A stretch of 64,000 nt of DNA from assembly GCA_964291495.2 (NCBI GenBank), contig OZ219871.1, forward strand, positions 416,001 to 480,000, read 5' to 3'. Every line of letters starts with the position of its first letter. Positions within the stretch are counted from its first letter, which is position 1. Shown in pieces: positions 46,979-56,738 of the stretch. The notes beneath the pieces were generated by a model that was given only the letters and a program-made list of their open reading frames with translations, had not been told where the DNA came from and ran no database searches. The DNA is from Dehalococcoidia bacterium. GTDB taxonomy: Bacteria; Chloroflexota; Dehalococcoidia; UBA2979. A program made the position numbers and the translations under genes.

Positions 46979-48292
46979 ATGTTCATCGGTCACTTCACGG
47001 AGCGCCCGTACCAGGACCCGAAGTCCGGAGTCTTCGGCACCACCGCGCGCCCGATTCCCGACCTTGGCATCACCAACGAGGTCTACGACCCGGAGGTCGG
47101 CGCGGAGCTCTACAACCGCTACCTCGATGAGCGCGTCTACGCCGAGGAGATGGGCTTCGACGGCGTGATGCTCAACGAGCACCACTCGACGCCGTTCTGC
47201 ATGGGCTCCGTGATGAACGTCGAGGCCGCGATCCTCGCGCGCATCACGAAGAAGGTGAAGATCGTGCTGCTCGGCAACATCCTGCCGATCTGGGACGACC
47301 CGCTCTTCCTCGCCGAGGAACTGGCCGAGATCGACATGATCTCGCGCGGCCGGCTCGTCACCGGCTGGGTGCGAGGGACGGGGCGCGAGAGCGTCTCGCA
47401 CAACTCGCAGCCGCCGTTTAATTGGGAGCGCTTCCAGGAGGCCCACGACTTCATCGTGAAGGCCTGGACCACGCCCGGCCCGTACCGCTGGGAGGGCGAG
47501 CACTACAACTTCCGCTACGTGAACCCCTGGGCGAAGCCCTACCAGGACCCGCACCCGCCGATCTGGATCCCCGGCGTGATGAGCAAGAACACCGTCGAGT
47601 GGTCCGCCCGGCACCGCTACCCCTACGTCATGCTCGCCACCGACCTCGAGCCCACGAAGCAGTCCTTCGAGTACTACGCCGAGGTCGCCGCCGAGGAGGG
47701 CTACGAGGCCGGCTCGCAGCACCGCGGCTACCTCTTCAAGGTCCACGTCGACGAAACCGAGGAGCTCGCCTACGAGACCGCGCAGAAGTACGTGGAAGGT
47801 CCGCCCAACCCGTTCCTGGAGGGCAACCAGGGTGTCGTCCGCACCTTCCTCCAGAACCTGCCCGGCCTGACCTCACGCACGCACCTGCTGCCCACCTCGA
47901 TCAACCGCGCCGCCGCCGCCGCGCGTGGCCGCGCCGGGCTCGCCGAGAAGGAGAGCACCGAAGCCGACCGCAAGGAGACGCTGCCGGCGGCCGGCTTCCA
48001 GGGCACCTACGACGAGCAGCTGGAGCGCTACACGATCATCACCGGCACGCCGAAGACCGTGATCCCGAAGGTCCGCCACGTCCTCGAGTACCTGCGGCCC
48101 GGCGCGATCTTCTTCTGGGACGGCGACGGCGCGATGAGCCACGAGGACCAGATGCGCAGCCTCAAGCTGTTCGGCGAGGAGGTCCTCCCCGCCGTCCGCG
48201 AGATCGGCGAGGAACTCGACCTGCGCGGCCCCTACGAGGTGGACCCGGCGACCAACGAGCCGGTCGCCGACGAGGCCGCGGCCCCCGCCTGA
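46979..48292 (+). CDS. LLM-class flavin-dependent monooxygenase
   Basis: GFDGVMLNEHH, LAEELAEIDMISRGR, PHPPIWIP, FGEEVLP. Confidence 0.92.
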   Translation: MFIGHFTERPYQDPKSGVFGTTARPIPDLGITNEVYDPEVGAELYNRYLDERVYAEEMGFDGVMLNEHHSTPFCMGSVMNVEAAILARITKKVKIVLLGNILPIWDDPLFLAEELAEIDMISRGRLVTGWVRGTGRESVSHNSQPPFNWERFQEAHDFIVKAWTTPGPYRWEGEHYNFRYVNPWAKPYQDPHPPIWIPGVMSKNTVEWSARHRYPYVMLATDLEPTKQSFEYYAEVAAEEGYEAGSQHRGYLFKVHVDETEELAYETAQKYVEGPPNPFLEGNQGVVRTFLQNLPGLTSRTHLLPTSINRAAAAARGRAGLAEKESTEADRKETLPAAGFQGTYDEQLERYTIITGTPKTVIPKVRHVLEYLRPGAIFFWDGDGAMSHEDQMRSLKLFGEEVLPAVREIGEELDLRGPYEVDPATNEPVADEAAAPA

Positions 48293-48317
48293 TCGCGAGG
48301 CGCAACGCGCGGGCACG

Positions 48318-49961
48318 ATGAGCGAGCCGCCCCCCGCCCGGGCCGACGTCGCCGTCATCGGCGGCGGGCCGGGCGGCAGCAGCGCCGCGGCGCTGCTCGC
48401 CCGCGGCGGCCTCAGCGTCGTCTTGCTGGAGCGCGAGCGTTTCCCCCGCGACCACGTCGGCGAGTCGCTGCTGCCGGCCAGCATCCCGATCCTCGAACGG
48501 CTCGGCGTGCTCCCCGCCATCGAGGAGGCCGGCTTCCTGCCCAAGCACGGCGCGACGATGGTCTGGGGCTCGGACCCGGAGCCCTGGAGCTGGTACTTCC
48601 GCGAGACCAACCGCAGCTACCCCAGCTCCTTCCAGGTCACCCGCCCCGAGTTCGACCAGATCCTGCTCGAACACGCCCGCACGCTCGGCGCCGAGGTGCG
48701 CGAGGGCTGCCGGGCCGTCGACGTGCCCTTTCAGGACGGCCGCGCCAGCGGCGTGCGCTACCGCACGGAGGAGGGCGCCGAGGGCTTCGTCGCCGCCCGC
48801 TGGGTCGTAGACGCCAGCGGCCAGTCGGCGCTGCTCGGTCACGCCCTCGGCCTGCGCGAGTGGGACGACTTCTTCCGTAACCTCGCGATCTACGGCTACT
48901 TCGAGGACGCCGAACGCCTGCCGGAGCCGGATGCCACCAACATCTTCATCGAGTCCTGCGAGCACGGCTGGTCATGGACGATCCCGTTGCACACCGGCCA
49001 GGCCAGCGTCGGCGTGGTCCTCGACAGCGACGCCGGGCAGCGCGCGATCGGCGAGCTGGGCGTCGAGGAGGCGTTCCGCGAGCGCATCGCCTCCGCGCCG
49101 CGCACGGCGGCGCTGCTTGAGCGCGCCACGCTCGTCGACGGGCCGCACGTCGTGCGCGACTGGTCCTACCGCTCGCGCCGGCTGGCGGGGCCGGGCTACG
49201 TCCTCGTCGGCGATGCCGGTTGCTTCGTCGACCCGCTGTTCTCCTCGGGCGTGCATCTGGCGCTGAGCAGCGGCGTGCTGGCCGCCGCCTACATCGCCTC
49301 GGCGCTGCGCGACCCGACGCTCGAGGGCCCGGCGGCCGAGGCCTACGCCGACCTCTACCTCGCGCAGTACAACAACTTCCACCGGCTGGCGATGCTCTTC
49401 TACTCGAGCAATCGCAGCGCCAGTTCCTATTTCTGGGAGGCGCGCCGGATCAGCGACGAGTCCGAGTTCAGCCCGCGCCACGCCTTCATCCGCATGGTCG
49501 CCGGGCAATCGCCGATCGGCTACGAGCGCGCCGTGATCAACCACGGCGACGCCCCGCCCGCCTTCGTCGCAGGCGTGCGCGCCGTCGAGGCGGAGCGCGA
49601 GGCGCGCCGCGCCGCCCTCGACCGCGCCGGTCCGGCGGCGGTCGCCGCCTCGGCGCCGCGCCTCGCCGCGGGCGTGCGCATCGAGCGCAAGCCGGTGATC
49701 GAGGGTGACGAGTTCGCGTGGGGCCACGTGCTGAGCAGCGAGCAGCGCCCGGAGGGCACGCCGCTCAGCCTGCCCGTCGCGCGCATGCTCGCCTCGGCGG
49801 ACGGTCGCGCCTCGATCGCGGAGCTGAGCGAGCGCATCGCCGCCGCCGCCGGCGTCACCGACGAGGCCACGCGCGCCCGCCTCACCGAGCAGCTCGCCGC
49901 CGCCGCCTCCATCCTCTACGTCGACGGCGCGATCGCGGAGCTCGCCGGGCTGGGGGGGTGA
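48318..49961 (+). CDS. Flavin-dependent halogenase with a C-terminal PqqD/RRE-like extension
   Basis: IGGGPGG, FPRDHVGESLLP, catalytic Lys in FLPKHGA, WSWTIP (WxWxIP), GDAGCFVDPLFSSGV. Confidence 0.85.
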   Translation: MSEPPPARADVAVIGGGPGGSSAAALLARGGLSVVLLERERFPRDHVGESLLPASIPILERLGVLPAIEEAGFLPKHGATMVWGSDPEPWSWYFRETNRSYPSSFQVTRPEFDQILLEHARTLGAEVREGCRAVDVPFQDGRASGVRYRTEEGAEGFVAARWVVDASGQSALLGHALGLREWDDFFRNLAIYGYFEDAERLPEPDATNIFIESCEHGWSWTIPLHTGQASVGVVLDSDAGQRAIGELGVEEAFRERIASAPRTAALLERATLVDGPHVVRDWSYRSRRLAGPGYVLVGDAGCFVDPLFSSGVHLALSSGVLAAAYIASALRDPTLEGPAAEAYADLYLAQYNNFHRLAMLFYSSNRSASSYFWEARRISDESEFSPRHAFIRMVAGQSPIGYERAVINHGDAPPAFVAGVRAVEAEREARRAALDRAGPAAVAASAPRLAAGVRIERKPVIEGDEFAWGHVLSSEQRPEGTPLSLPVARMLASADGRASIAELSERIAAAAGVTDEATRARLTEQLAAAASILYVDGAIAELAGLGG

Positions 49962-50054
49962 CTGGCGCGTCAGGAACGGGCGCGCAGCTCGCCGCTGCCT
50001 GCCGAGATTGCATAACTCTATACGTCCATAGGGGCCCGATTATACGCCCACCAT

Positions 50055-53000
50055 ATGGATTGCAGGGATTCGCCAGTGACAGACTCCCCCTTGAGTGGAT
50101 ACCGCGAACGGGCGGGGACGATTGTTCGCGCGATACTGACTGCCGTAGTGGCGCTGCTGCTCGCCCTACCTGGCGTCCCCACGGTCGACGCCCAGGGCGT
50201 GGGCGGCGACGCGGACGCGATCGAGGTGCGCGTCGCCGCGCAGCGCCTGCCTAACGGGAACACGGAGTTCGCGGCGCAGCAGCGCCTGATGGACGGCTCG
50301 TGGGGCGAGCGGCTACTGCCGCGTGCGCGCTTCTTTCGCGCGAGCACGCGGGTTGGGCGCTGGCTGGCGAGCTCGCCGCTCACGGTCAGCGCGCCAGGCG
50401 GGAGTGAGGCGGAGATCCGCGTCGCGGCGCAGCGGCTGGCCGACGGACGCATGGAGTTCGCGGCGCAGCAGCGCGGCGAGGATGGCGAGTGGGGCGAGCG
50501 CCTGCTACCGCGTGCGCGCTTCTTCCCCGCGAGTCCCAGGATCGACCGCTGGCTTGTGAGCACACCGCTGACGGTGACGCCGCCCACGGCCAACTCCCTC
50601 GCCTCCGACCGCGCCGCCCTCGTCGCGCTCTACGAAGCGACGGACGGACCGAACTGGACGAACAGCACGAACTGGCTCAGCGACAGACCGCTCGGCGAGT
50701 GGCACGGGGTTACCGCAGATGATCATGGGCGTGTAACCGGGCTCATGCTGTTCGGCCCCGGCATGCTGAGCGGCCCACTCCCGACCGAGCTGGGCAATCT
50801 CACGAGCCTGCGGGAGCTCAAGCTCTTCGACCACCCCGAGTTGGCCGGGTCAATCCCGCCCCAGCTCGGCAATCTCTTCAATCTCGAAGAGCTGTGGTTG
50901 GGGAATAGCCAGTTGAGCGGACCGATCCCGGCGGAACTGGGCCAACTCAGCAACTTGCGCTGGTTAGTCCTGTCCAGCAATGAGTTGAGCGGGCCGATCC
51001 CGGTTGAGTTGGGACATCTCGCTCGATTGAGGGTGCTCGATCTAGGCGTCAATCAACTGAGTGGGCCGATTCCGGTTGTGCTGGGTAACCTGGAGAGTCT
51101 CGGACGGCTCACGCTCTCGGCCAACGAGTTGAGCGGACCGATCCCGGACGAACTGAGCCGGCTCATGAAGTTGGGATCGCTCGATCTCGCGAGCAACCAG
51201 TTGAGCGGACCGATCCCGCCGGAACTGGGCCGGCTCAGGGGGTTGGGATCGCTCACGCTCTGGGGCAACGAACTGAGCGGGCCGATTCCCGTTGAGTTGG
51301 GTGACATCACCAACCTGCGTAGTCTCGGCCTGGGGTCGAACCAGTTGAGTGGTCCAATACCGGCCTGGGTTGGCAACCAGAAGGATCTGCACACACTGGA
51401 GCTCCAGAACAACCAGTTGAGCGGACCAATCCCGGTTGGGCTTGGCGGGCTCACGAACCTCCGAAGCCTGAGGTTAGAACGCAACGAGCTGAGCGGGCCG
51501 ATCCCACTCTCGTTCGGCAGCCTCACCAACCTCACCTCGTTGCACCTCAGCAGCAATGAACTGAGTGGAACGATTCCGGTTGAGTTGGGCGCTCTCGTCA
51601 ACCTGTCATCGCTGCTGCTCGCATCCAACGAGCTGACCGGACCGATTCCGGCGGAACTCGGCAACCTCTCCAACATGACCGTCCTGTCCCTTGGAGGGAA
51701 TCGGTTGGACGGGGCGATCCCCGCCGAGTTGGGCCTGCTCACGAATCTGATCCGGCTCGACCTCGCCGAGAACCAATTCACGGGATGCCTGCCCAGGGCG
51801 TTGCGGCGTATTCCGCGCAGCGATGCTGCCGAACTGGGTCTGCCGATTTGCAGGGGCCCGAGCGTAGAGGCCGCGATCTCCCATGGAGCCGCGTCGGCGG
51901 CGTTGATCGCGCTCTATGAAGCGACTGACGGGCCGAACTGGTACCTGAGCACAAACTGGTTCAGCGACCGGCCCCTCGGCGAGTGGCATGGCGTCACCAC
52001 CGACGACGAGGGCCGTCTTACGGGCCTGGTCCTCATCGGGAACGAGTTGAGCGGGCCCATACCCTCGGAGCTGGGTGCACTCACGGACCTTGAAACACTG
52101 AACTTCTACGGAAACGAGCTGAGCGGCCCGATCCCGGTCGAGCTGGGCGCACTCCTGAACCTGAGGAAACTGGACCTCGCCCAGAACGACTTGAACGGGC
52201 CGATCCCGGTCGAACTGGGTGCCCTATCAGACCTGGAATGGCTGGACCTGAGAGGTAACGAGTTGAGCGGGCCGATCCCGGTCGAGCTGGGCGCGCTCTC
52301 GAACCTGGAAAGGCTGGATCTCGGCGAGAACGAGTGGAGCGGGCCGATCCCGGCCGAGTTGGGAGCACTCTCCAGGCTTGAGTGGCTGGGCCTCAGATAC
52401 AGCGGGTTGAGCGGGCCGATTCCGGTCGAGCTTGGCGCGCTCACGAACCTGGAAGGGTTGTCCCTTGGCTCGAATCGCCTGACCGGCCCGGTACCCCGGG
52501 AGTTGGCGGCGCTATCGAATCTGAAGCGGCTGCACCTCCACGACAACGAGCTGAGCGGGGCGATCCCGGTCGAACTGGGCGCACTCTCGAACCTGGAGCT
52601 CCTGTGGCTCGCCAACAACGATCTGAGCGGTCCGATCCCGGTCGAACTGGGTGCACTCCCGAACCTGGAAGGGCTGCAACTCCACGACAACCGGTTGAGC
52701 GGGCCGATCCCGGCCGAGTTGGGCGCACTCTCGAACCTGGAGCGGCTGTCGCTCAGCGGGAACGAGTTGAGCGGGCCGATCCCGGCCGAGCTTGGCGCGC
52801 TCACGAACCTGGAATGGCTGCAGCTCGGCTGGAACGAGTTGAGTGGGCCGATCCCCGTCGAGTTGGGCGCGCTCACGAACCTGTCGGGGCTGTGGCTCGA
52901 CAACAACACGCTGAGCGGGCCGATTCCAGTCGAGTTGGGGGCGCTCTCGAAGCTGGAGCTCCTGTGGCTCAACAACAACAAGCTGAGCGGACCGGTCCCA

Positions 53001-53135
53001 CCTGAGTTGGGCAACCTCGACAGGCTGGAAAGGTTGTCCCTCAGCGGCAACCAGTTGACCGGCTGCATCCCCAAGAGCCTGCGAGGCGTGGCGCGGAGCG
53101 ACCTCGACCACCTCGGCCTCCCCTACTGCCAATAG
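50055..53135 (+). CDS. Secreted plant-type leucine-rich-repeat protein with two LRR solenoids
   Basis: Signal peptide ..VDA, two ~57-aa N-terminal repeats, and two blocks each with an N-cap (ALYEATDGPNW..WHGVT), 14 repeats of the LSGPIPxELGxLxxLxxLxLxxNx type and a Cys C-cap. The start may be GTG 50076. Confidence 0.93.
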   Translation: MDCRDSPVTDSPLSGYRERAGTIVRAILTAVVALLLALPGVPTVDAQGVGGDADAIEVRVAAQRLPNGNTEFAAQQRLMDGSWGERLLPRARFFRASTRVGRWLASSPLTVSAPGGSEAEIRVAAQRLADGRMEFAAQQRGEDGEWGERLLPRARFFPASPRIDRWLVSTPLTVTPPTANSLASDRAALVALYEATDGPNWTNSTNWLSDRPLGEWHGVTADDHGRVTGLMLFGPGMLSGPLPTELGNLTSLRELKLFDHPELAGSIPPQLGNLFNLEELWLGNSQLSGPIPAELGQLSNLRWLVLSSNELSGPIPVELGHLARLRVLDLGVNQLSGPIPVVLGNLESLGRLTLSANELSGPIPDELSRLMKLGSLDLASNQLSGPIPPELGRLRGLGSLTLWGNELSGPIPVELGDITNLRSLGLGSNQLSGPIPAWVGNQKDLHTLELQNNQLSGPIPVGLGGLTNLRSLRLERNELSGPIPLSFGSLTNLTSLHLSSNELSGTIPVELGALVNLSSLLLASNELTGPIPAELGNLSNMTVLSLGGNRLDGAIPAELGLLTNLIRLDLAENQFTGCLPRALRRIPRSDAAELGLPICRGPSVEAAISHGAASAALIALYEATDGPNWYLSTNWFSDRPLGEWHGVTTDDEGRLTGLVLIGNELSGPIPSELGALTDLETLNFYGNELSGPIPVELGALLNLRKLDLAQNDLNGPIPVELGALSDLEWLDLRGNELSGPIPVELGALSNLERLDLGENEWSGPIPAELGALSRLEWLGLRYSGLSGPIPVELGALTNLEGLSLGSNRLTGPVPRELAALSNLKRLHLHDNELSGAIPVELGALSNLELLWLANNDLSGPIPVELGALPNLEGLQLHDNRLSGPIPAELGALSNLERLSLSGNELSGPIPAELGALTNLEWLQLGWNELSGPIPVELGALTNLSGLWLDNNTLSGPIPVELGALSKLELLWLNNNKLSGPVPPELGNLDRLERLSLSGNQLTGCIPKSLRGVARSDLDHLGLPYCQ
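50765..53060 (+). repeat. 72-bp coding tandem repeats (LRR units), in two arrays
   Basis: Recurring GAGTTGAGCGGGCCGATCCCGG(T/C)CGAG(C/T)TGGG at 72-nt spacing. Confidence 0.9.
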
Positions 53136-53275
53136 CCGCAGCGGCCCCCAACCCTCGCGCCTATCGCCTGCGCGGGGCGCGGCCTATATTGCGCACGCGG
53201 CGATCGAGGGCCGGGGCGACGCCGCACTCCGTGACCCGCTGCCCCGGTGCCCGCGGCACGAGGGGCGGCCATTCC

Positions 53276-54334
53276 GTGAACCATGAATTCAACGAACTGC
53301 AGGAACTGCTCGGTCAGACCGCGCGCGAGTTCTTCTCACGCGACTTCCCGCTCGACCGCATGCGCGACGGCTACCGCAACGACGACGGCTACGACACCGA
53401 ACTCTGGCCCAACATCGTCGACCTCGGCTGGAACTCCGCTCCCTTCCCCGAGGAGATGGGCGGCACCGGCGGCGGCATCTTCGACACCGTCCTGCTGCTC
53501 GAGGAGATGGGCAAGGGCTACTGTGTCAGCCCCTACCCCCACTCGACCATCGCCGCCGGCCTCGCGCTCGTCGAGGCCGACCCGGACCTCGCCCAGGCGA
53601 TCGCCGACGGCGAGGCCGTCGTCATCCCGGCGCTCACCGCCGCCGACGCCGGCGAGCAGACCGCGGCGCGCGGCGACGGCGACACGGTCACGCTGACCGA
53701 CCGCCGCCTCGTCGTGCCGTGGGCGGACCTGGCGACGCACCTGCTGGTCCCGCTGGCAAGCGGCGACGAGATGGCCGTCGTCGAGACGGGCGCGGACGGC
53801 GTCAGCGCCGATCCGATGCCCGCCTCGGGGGGCGAGCCGCTCTCCGACGTGCGCTTCGAGGGCGCCGCGGGCCGCGTGGTCTCGGCCGCGGGTCTGCAGG
53901 ACCACGTGACGCTGCTCGGCGCGATCGCCAACTCCGTGCTGATGCTCGGGCTCTGCCAGCGCTCGCTCGAACTGGCCTCGGAGTACTCGAAGACGCGCGT
54001 CGCCTTTGGCAAGCCGATCGGCACCTTCCAGGCGATCTCGCATAAGTGCGCCAACATGGTGGTCGACATCGAGACCGGGCGGTACCTCTGCTACAAGGCC
54101 GCCTGGCTGCACTCCACCGGCCAGTCGTACGAGATGGGCGCGCGCTACGCCAAGGCGTTCATGGGCGACGCCACCGCGCGCATCACCCGCGACGCGATCC
54201 AGGTGCACGGCGGCGTCGGCTTCATCGACGACCACTTCGTGCAGTTCCCCTACCGCATCGGCACGGCGGCGGCCTGCACCTACGGCACCGCGCACGAACA
54301 CCGCCGCGCCGTCGCCAGCGCGATCCTCGACTAG
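53276..54334 (+). CDS. Acyl-CoA dehydrogenase, short non-catalytic-type subunit
   Basis: RVAFGKPIGTFQAISHKCA, IQVHGGVGF. Lacks the GGSxE motif. Confidence 0.88.
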   Translation: MNHEFNELQELLGQTAREFFSRDFPLDRMRDGYRNDDGYDTELWPNIVDLGWNSAPFPEEMGGTGGGIFDTVLLLEEMGKGYCVSPYPHSTIAAGLALVEADPDLAQAIADGEAVVIPALTAADAGEQTAARGDGDTVTLTDRRLVVPWADLATHLLVPLASGDEMAVVETGADGVSADPMPASGGEPLSDVRFEGAAGRVVSAAGLQDHVTLLGAIANSVLMLGLCQRSLELASEYSKTRVAFGKPIGTFQAISHKCANMVVDIETGRYLCYKAAWLHSTGQSYEMGARYAKAFMGDATARITRDAIQVHGGVGFIDDHFVQFPYRIGTAAACTYGTAHEHRRAVASAILD

Positions 54335-54374
54335 CCGCAGCGACCGACTCGCAGCGAGAGGACGGAGGATCGCC

Positions 54375-55532
54375 ATGGACTTCGAGTACACCGAGAGCGA
54401 AAAGCAGTTCCGCGCCGAGGTGCGCGAGTTCTTCGAGCGCGTCTGGCCCCCGGAGGTCCAGCGGGCCGGGCGCGCGGGCCGCGAGGAGGGCGAGCGCTTC
54501 CGCCGCGCCGCCGCACAGCGCGGCCTCTTCTCCCTGGGACTCCCCGAGGAGTACGGGGGCCTGCCCGACTTCAGCCAGATGGAGCGCTTCATCGTCAGCG
54601 ACGAGGCGAGCCGCATCGGCGCGCCGCTCCCCGCCTACCTCGTCAGCATCATGGGGCCGCTGATCATGAAGTACGGCACGCCCTGGATGAAGGAGGAGGT
54701 GCTGCCCAAGATCCGAGCGGGCGACGTCGACTTCACGCTCGGCTTCACCGAGCCGGAGACCGGCTCGGACCTCGCCAACCTGACGACGCGCGCCTACCGC
54801 GACGGCGATGAGTACGTGATCAACGGCCAGAAGATGTACGGCAACCCGGGCCCCGACGAGATGATGTACCTCGCGGTGCGCACGGACCCGGACGCGCCGC
54901 TGCGACAGGGCATCTCCGTGCTCTTCGTCGAGTCCAGCCGCGAGGGCTTCACCTCGCTGGAGATGCCGACCCTCGCAGGCAACACCGTCGGCGCCACCTT
55001 CTACGACAACGTGCGCGTTCCCGCCGACCACCTGCTCGGCGAGGAGAACAAGGGCTGGGACTACATCCGCGAGGCGCTCGACCTCGACCGCACCAGCGGC
55101 ATCACCTACGGCCAGATGCCCGAGCGGTTGAGCGAGCTGATCGAGTACGTCAAGGAGTCGTCGCTCGACGGCAAGCCGCTGATCGAGGACCCCTGGGTGC
55201 GCGACCGCATCGCGCGGTTCGTGATCGAGATCGAGGCGGGCGAACTGCTGCAGGGCATGACCGCCTCGAAGATCGCGACGGGCATGAAGCTGCGCATGGA
55301 GTCCTCGGTCGTGAAGATCTTCCTGACCGAGCTGGAGTTGCGCATGGGTGAGTTCGCGATGGAGATCTCCGGGCCGCTCGCCTCGCTCACGGCGGACTCG
55401 CCCGAGGCGCCCTCGGGTGGCTGGTTCCACTACACGCACCGCAACAACCCCGGCATCACCATCGCCGGCGGCAGCAACGAGATTCAGCGCAACATCATCG
55501 CGCTGCAGGGCCTCGGGCTGCCTCGCGACTAG
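54375..55532 (+). CDS. Acyl-CoA dehydrogenase
   Basis: FTEPETGSDLA, NGQKMY, TIAGGSNEIQRNII. Confidence 0.93.
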   Translation: MDFEYTESEKQFRAEVREFFERVWPPEVQRAGRAGREEGERFRRAAAQRGLFSLGLPEEYGGLPDFSQMERFIVSDEASRIGAPLPAYLVSIMGPLIMKYGTPWMKEEVLPKIRAGDVDFTLGFTEPETGSDLANLTTRAYRDGDEYVINGQKMYGNPGPDEMMYLAVRTDPDAPLRQGISVLFVESSREGFTSLEMPTLAGNTVGATFYDNVRVPADHLLGEENKGWDYIREALDLDRTSGITYGQMPERLSELIEYVKESSLDGKPLIEDPWVRDRIARFVIEIEAGELLQGMTASKIATGMKLRMESSVVKIFLTELELRMGEFAMEISGPLASLTADSPEAPSGGWFHYTHRNNPGITIAGGSNEIQRNIIALQGLGLPRD

Positions 55533-55562
55533 CGGCGACCGGACCGCGAAGGGACGCAGCAG

Positions 55563-56738
55563 ATGGACTTCGCCTGGAGCAAGGAGCAGGACGAGTTCCG
55601 CGCGCAGATCCGCGAGTTCCTCGAGGACGCCTGGCCCGAGGAGGTGCGCTCGGCGGACCGCCTCAGCCGCCGCGCCCCCGAGCACGAGGGCGCGATTAAG
55701 CGCTTCAAGGAGATGGTCGCCGAGCGAGGCTGGTACTCGATCGGCTGGCCCGAGGAGTACGGCGGCACGGGCGACCTCACCGCAGTCGAGCGCTTCATCC
55801 TCTCCGACGAGGCTTCGCGCGTCGGCGCTCCGCTCTCGCTCTACAACGTCAACATCATGGGGCCGCTGATCATCAAGTACGGCTCGCCGTGGATGAAATC
55901 GGAGTTGCTCCCCAAGATCCGCGACGGCGAGATCGACTTCACGCTCGGCTTCACCGAGCCGGAGACCGGCTCCGACCTCGCCAACCTCTCGACCGCCGCT
56001 TACCGCGACGGCGACGAGTACGTGATCAACGGCTCGAAGATGTACGGCCGCCCCGGCCCCGGCGACATCATGTACCTCGCCGTGCGGACCGACCCGGACG
56101 CGCCGCTGCGCGACGGCATCTCGCTGCTCTTCGTCGAGCACGGCCGCGAGGGCTTCGAGGTCGCCTCGATGCCGACGCTCGACGGCGGCGAGGTCGGCGC
56201 GACGTTCTACGACGACGTGCGCGTCCCGGCCGACCACCTGCTGGGCGTGGAGAACCGGGGCTGGGACTACGTGCGCGAGGCGCTGGACCTGGACCGCACC
56301 TCGGGCATTCCCTACGGGCACATGCCGCTCATGCGCGACAACCTGATCGCCTTCATCAAGGAGACGAAGGTCGACGGCCGTCCGCTTTCCGAGGATCCGT
56401 GGGTGCGCGACCGGCTCGCGCAGCTGGTGATCGACCAGGAGGCGGGCGACGTGCTGCAGGGCATGACCGCCTCGAAGATCGCCATGGGCATGAAGCTGCG
56501 CAGCGAGTCGTCCGTGTTGAAGATCTTCATGACCGAGCTGGAGCGCCGCATGGGCGAGTTCGGCACGGAGGTCGCCGGTCCGCTCGGCTCGCTGCAGCCG
56601 GCCTCCGGAGAGGCGCCACTCGACGGCCAGATCTGGGCGACGCACAAGTTCAACGTCGCGATCACGATTGCGGGCGGCAGCAGTGAGATTCAGCGCAACA
56701 TCATCGCGCTGCAGGGCCTCGGCCTCCCGCGCGACTAG
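55563..56738 (+). CDS. Acyl-CoA dehydrogenase (tandem paralog)
   Basis: FTEPETGSDLA, TIAGGSSEIQRNII. Confidence 0.93.
   Translation: MDFAWSKEQDEFRAQIREFLEDAWPEEVRSADRLSRRAPEHEGAIKRFKEMVAERGWYSIGWPEEYGGTGDLTAVERFILSDEASRVGAPLSLYNVNIMGPLIIKYGSPWMKSELLPKIRDGEIDFTLGFTEPETGSDLANLSTAAYRDGDEYVINGSKMYGRPGPGDIMYLAVRTDPDAPLRDGISLLFVEHGREGFEVASMPTLDGGEVGATFYDDVRVPADHLLGVENRGWDYVREALDLDRTSGIPYGHMPLMRDNLIAFIKETKVDGRPLSEDPWVRDRLAQLVIDQEAGDVLQGMTASKIAMGMKLRSESSVLKIFMTELERRMGEFGTEVAGPLGSLQPASGEAPLDGQIWATHKFNVAITIAGGSSEIQRNIIALQGLGLPRD

Noticed and set aside
50765-53060. 72-bp periodic repeats as a CRISPR array or DGR
   Set aside because: The repeats are in-frame LRR codons with degenerate third positions. 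There are no cas genes, no reverse transcriptase and no template/variable repeat pair.
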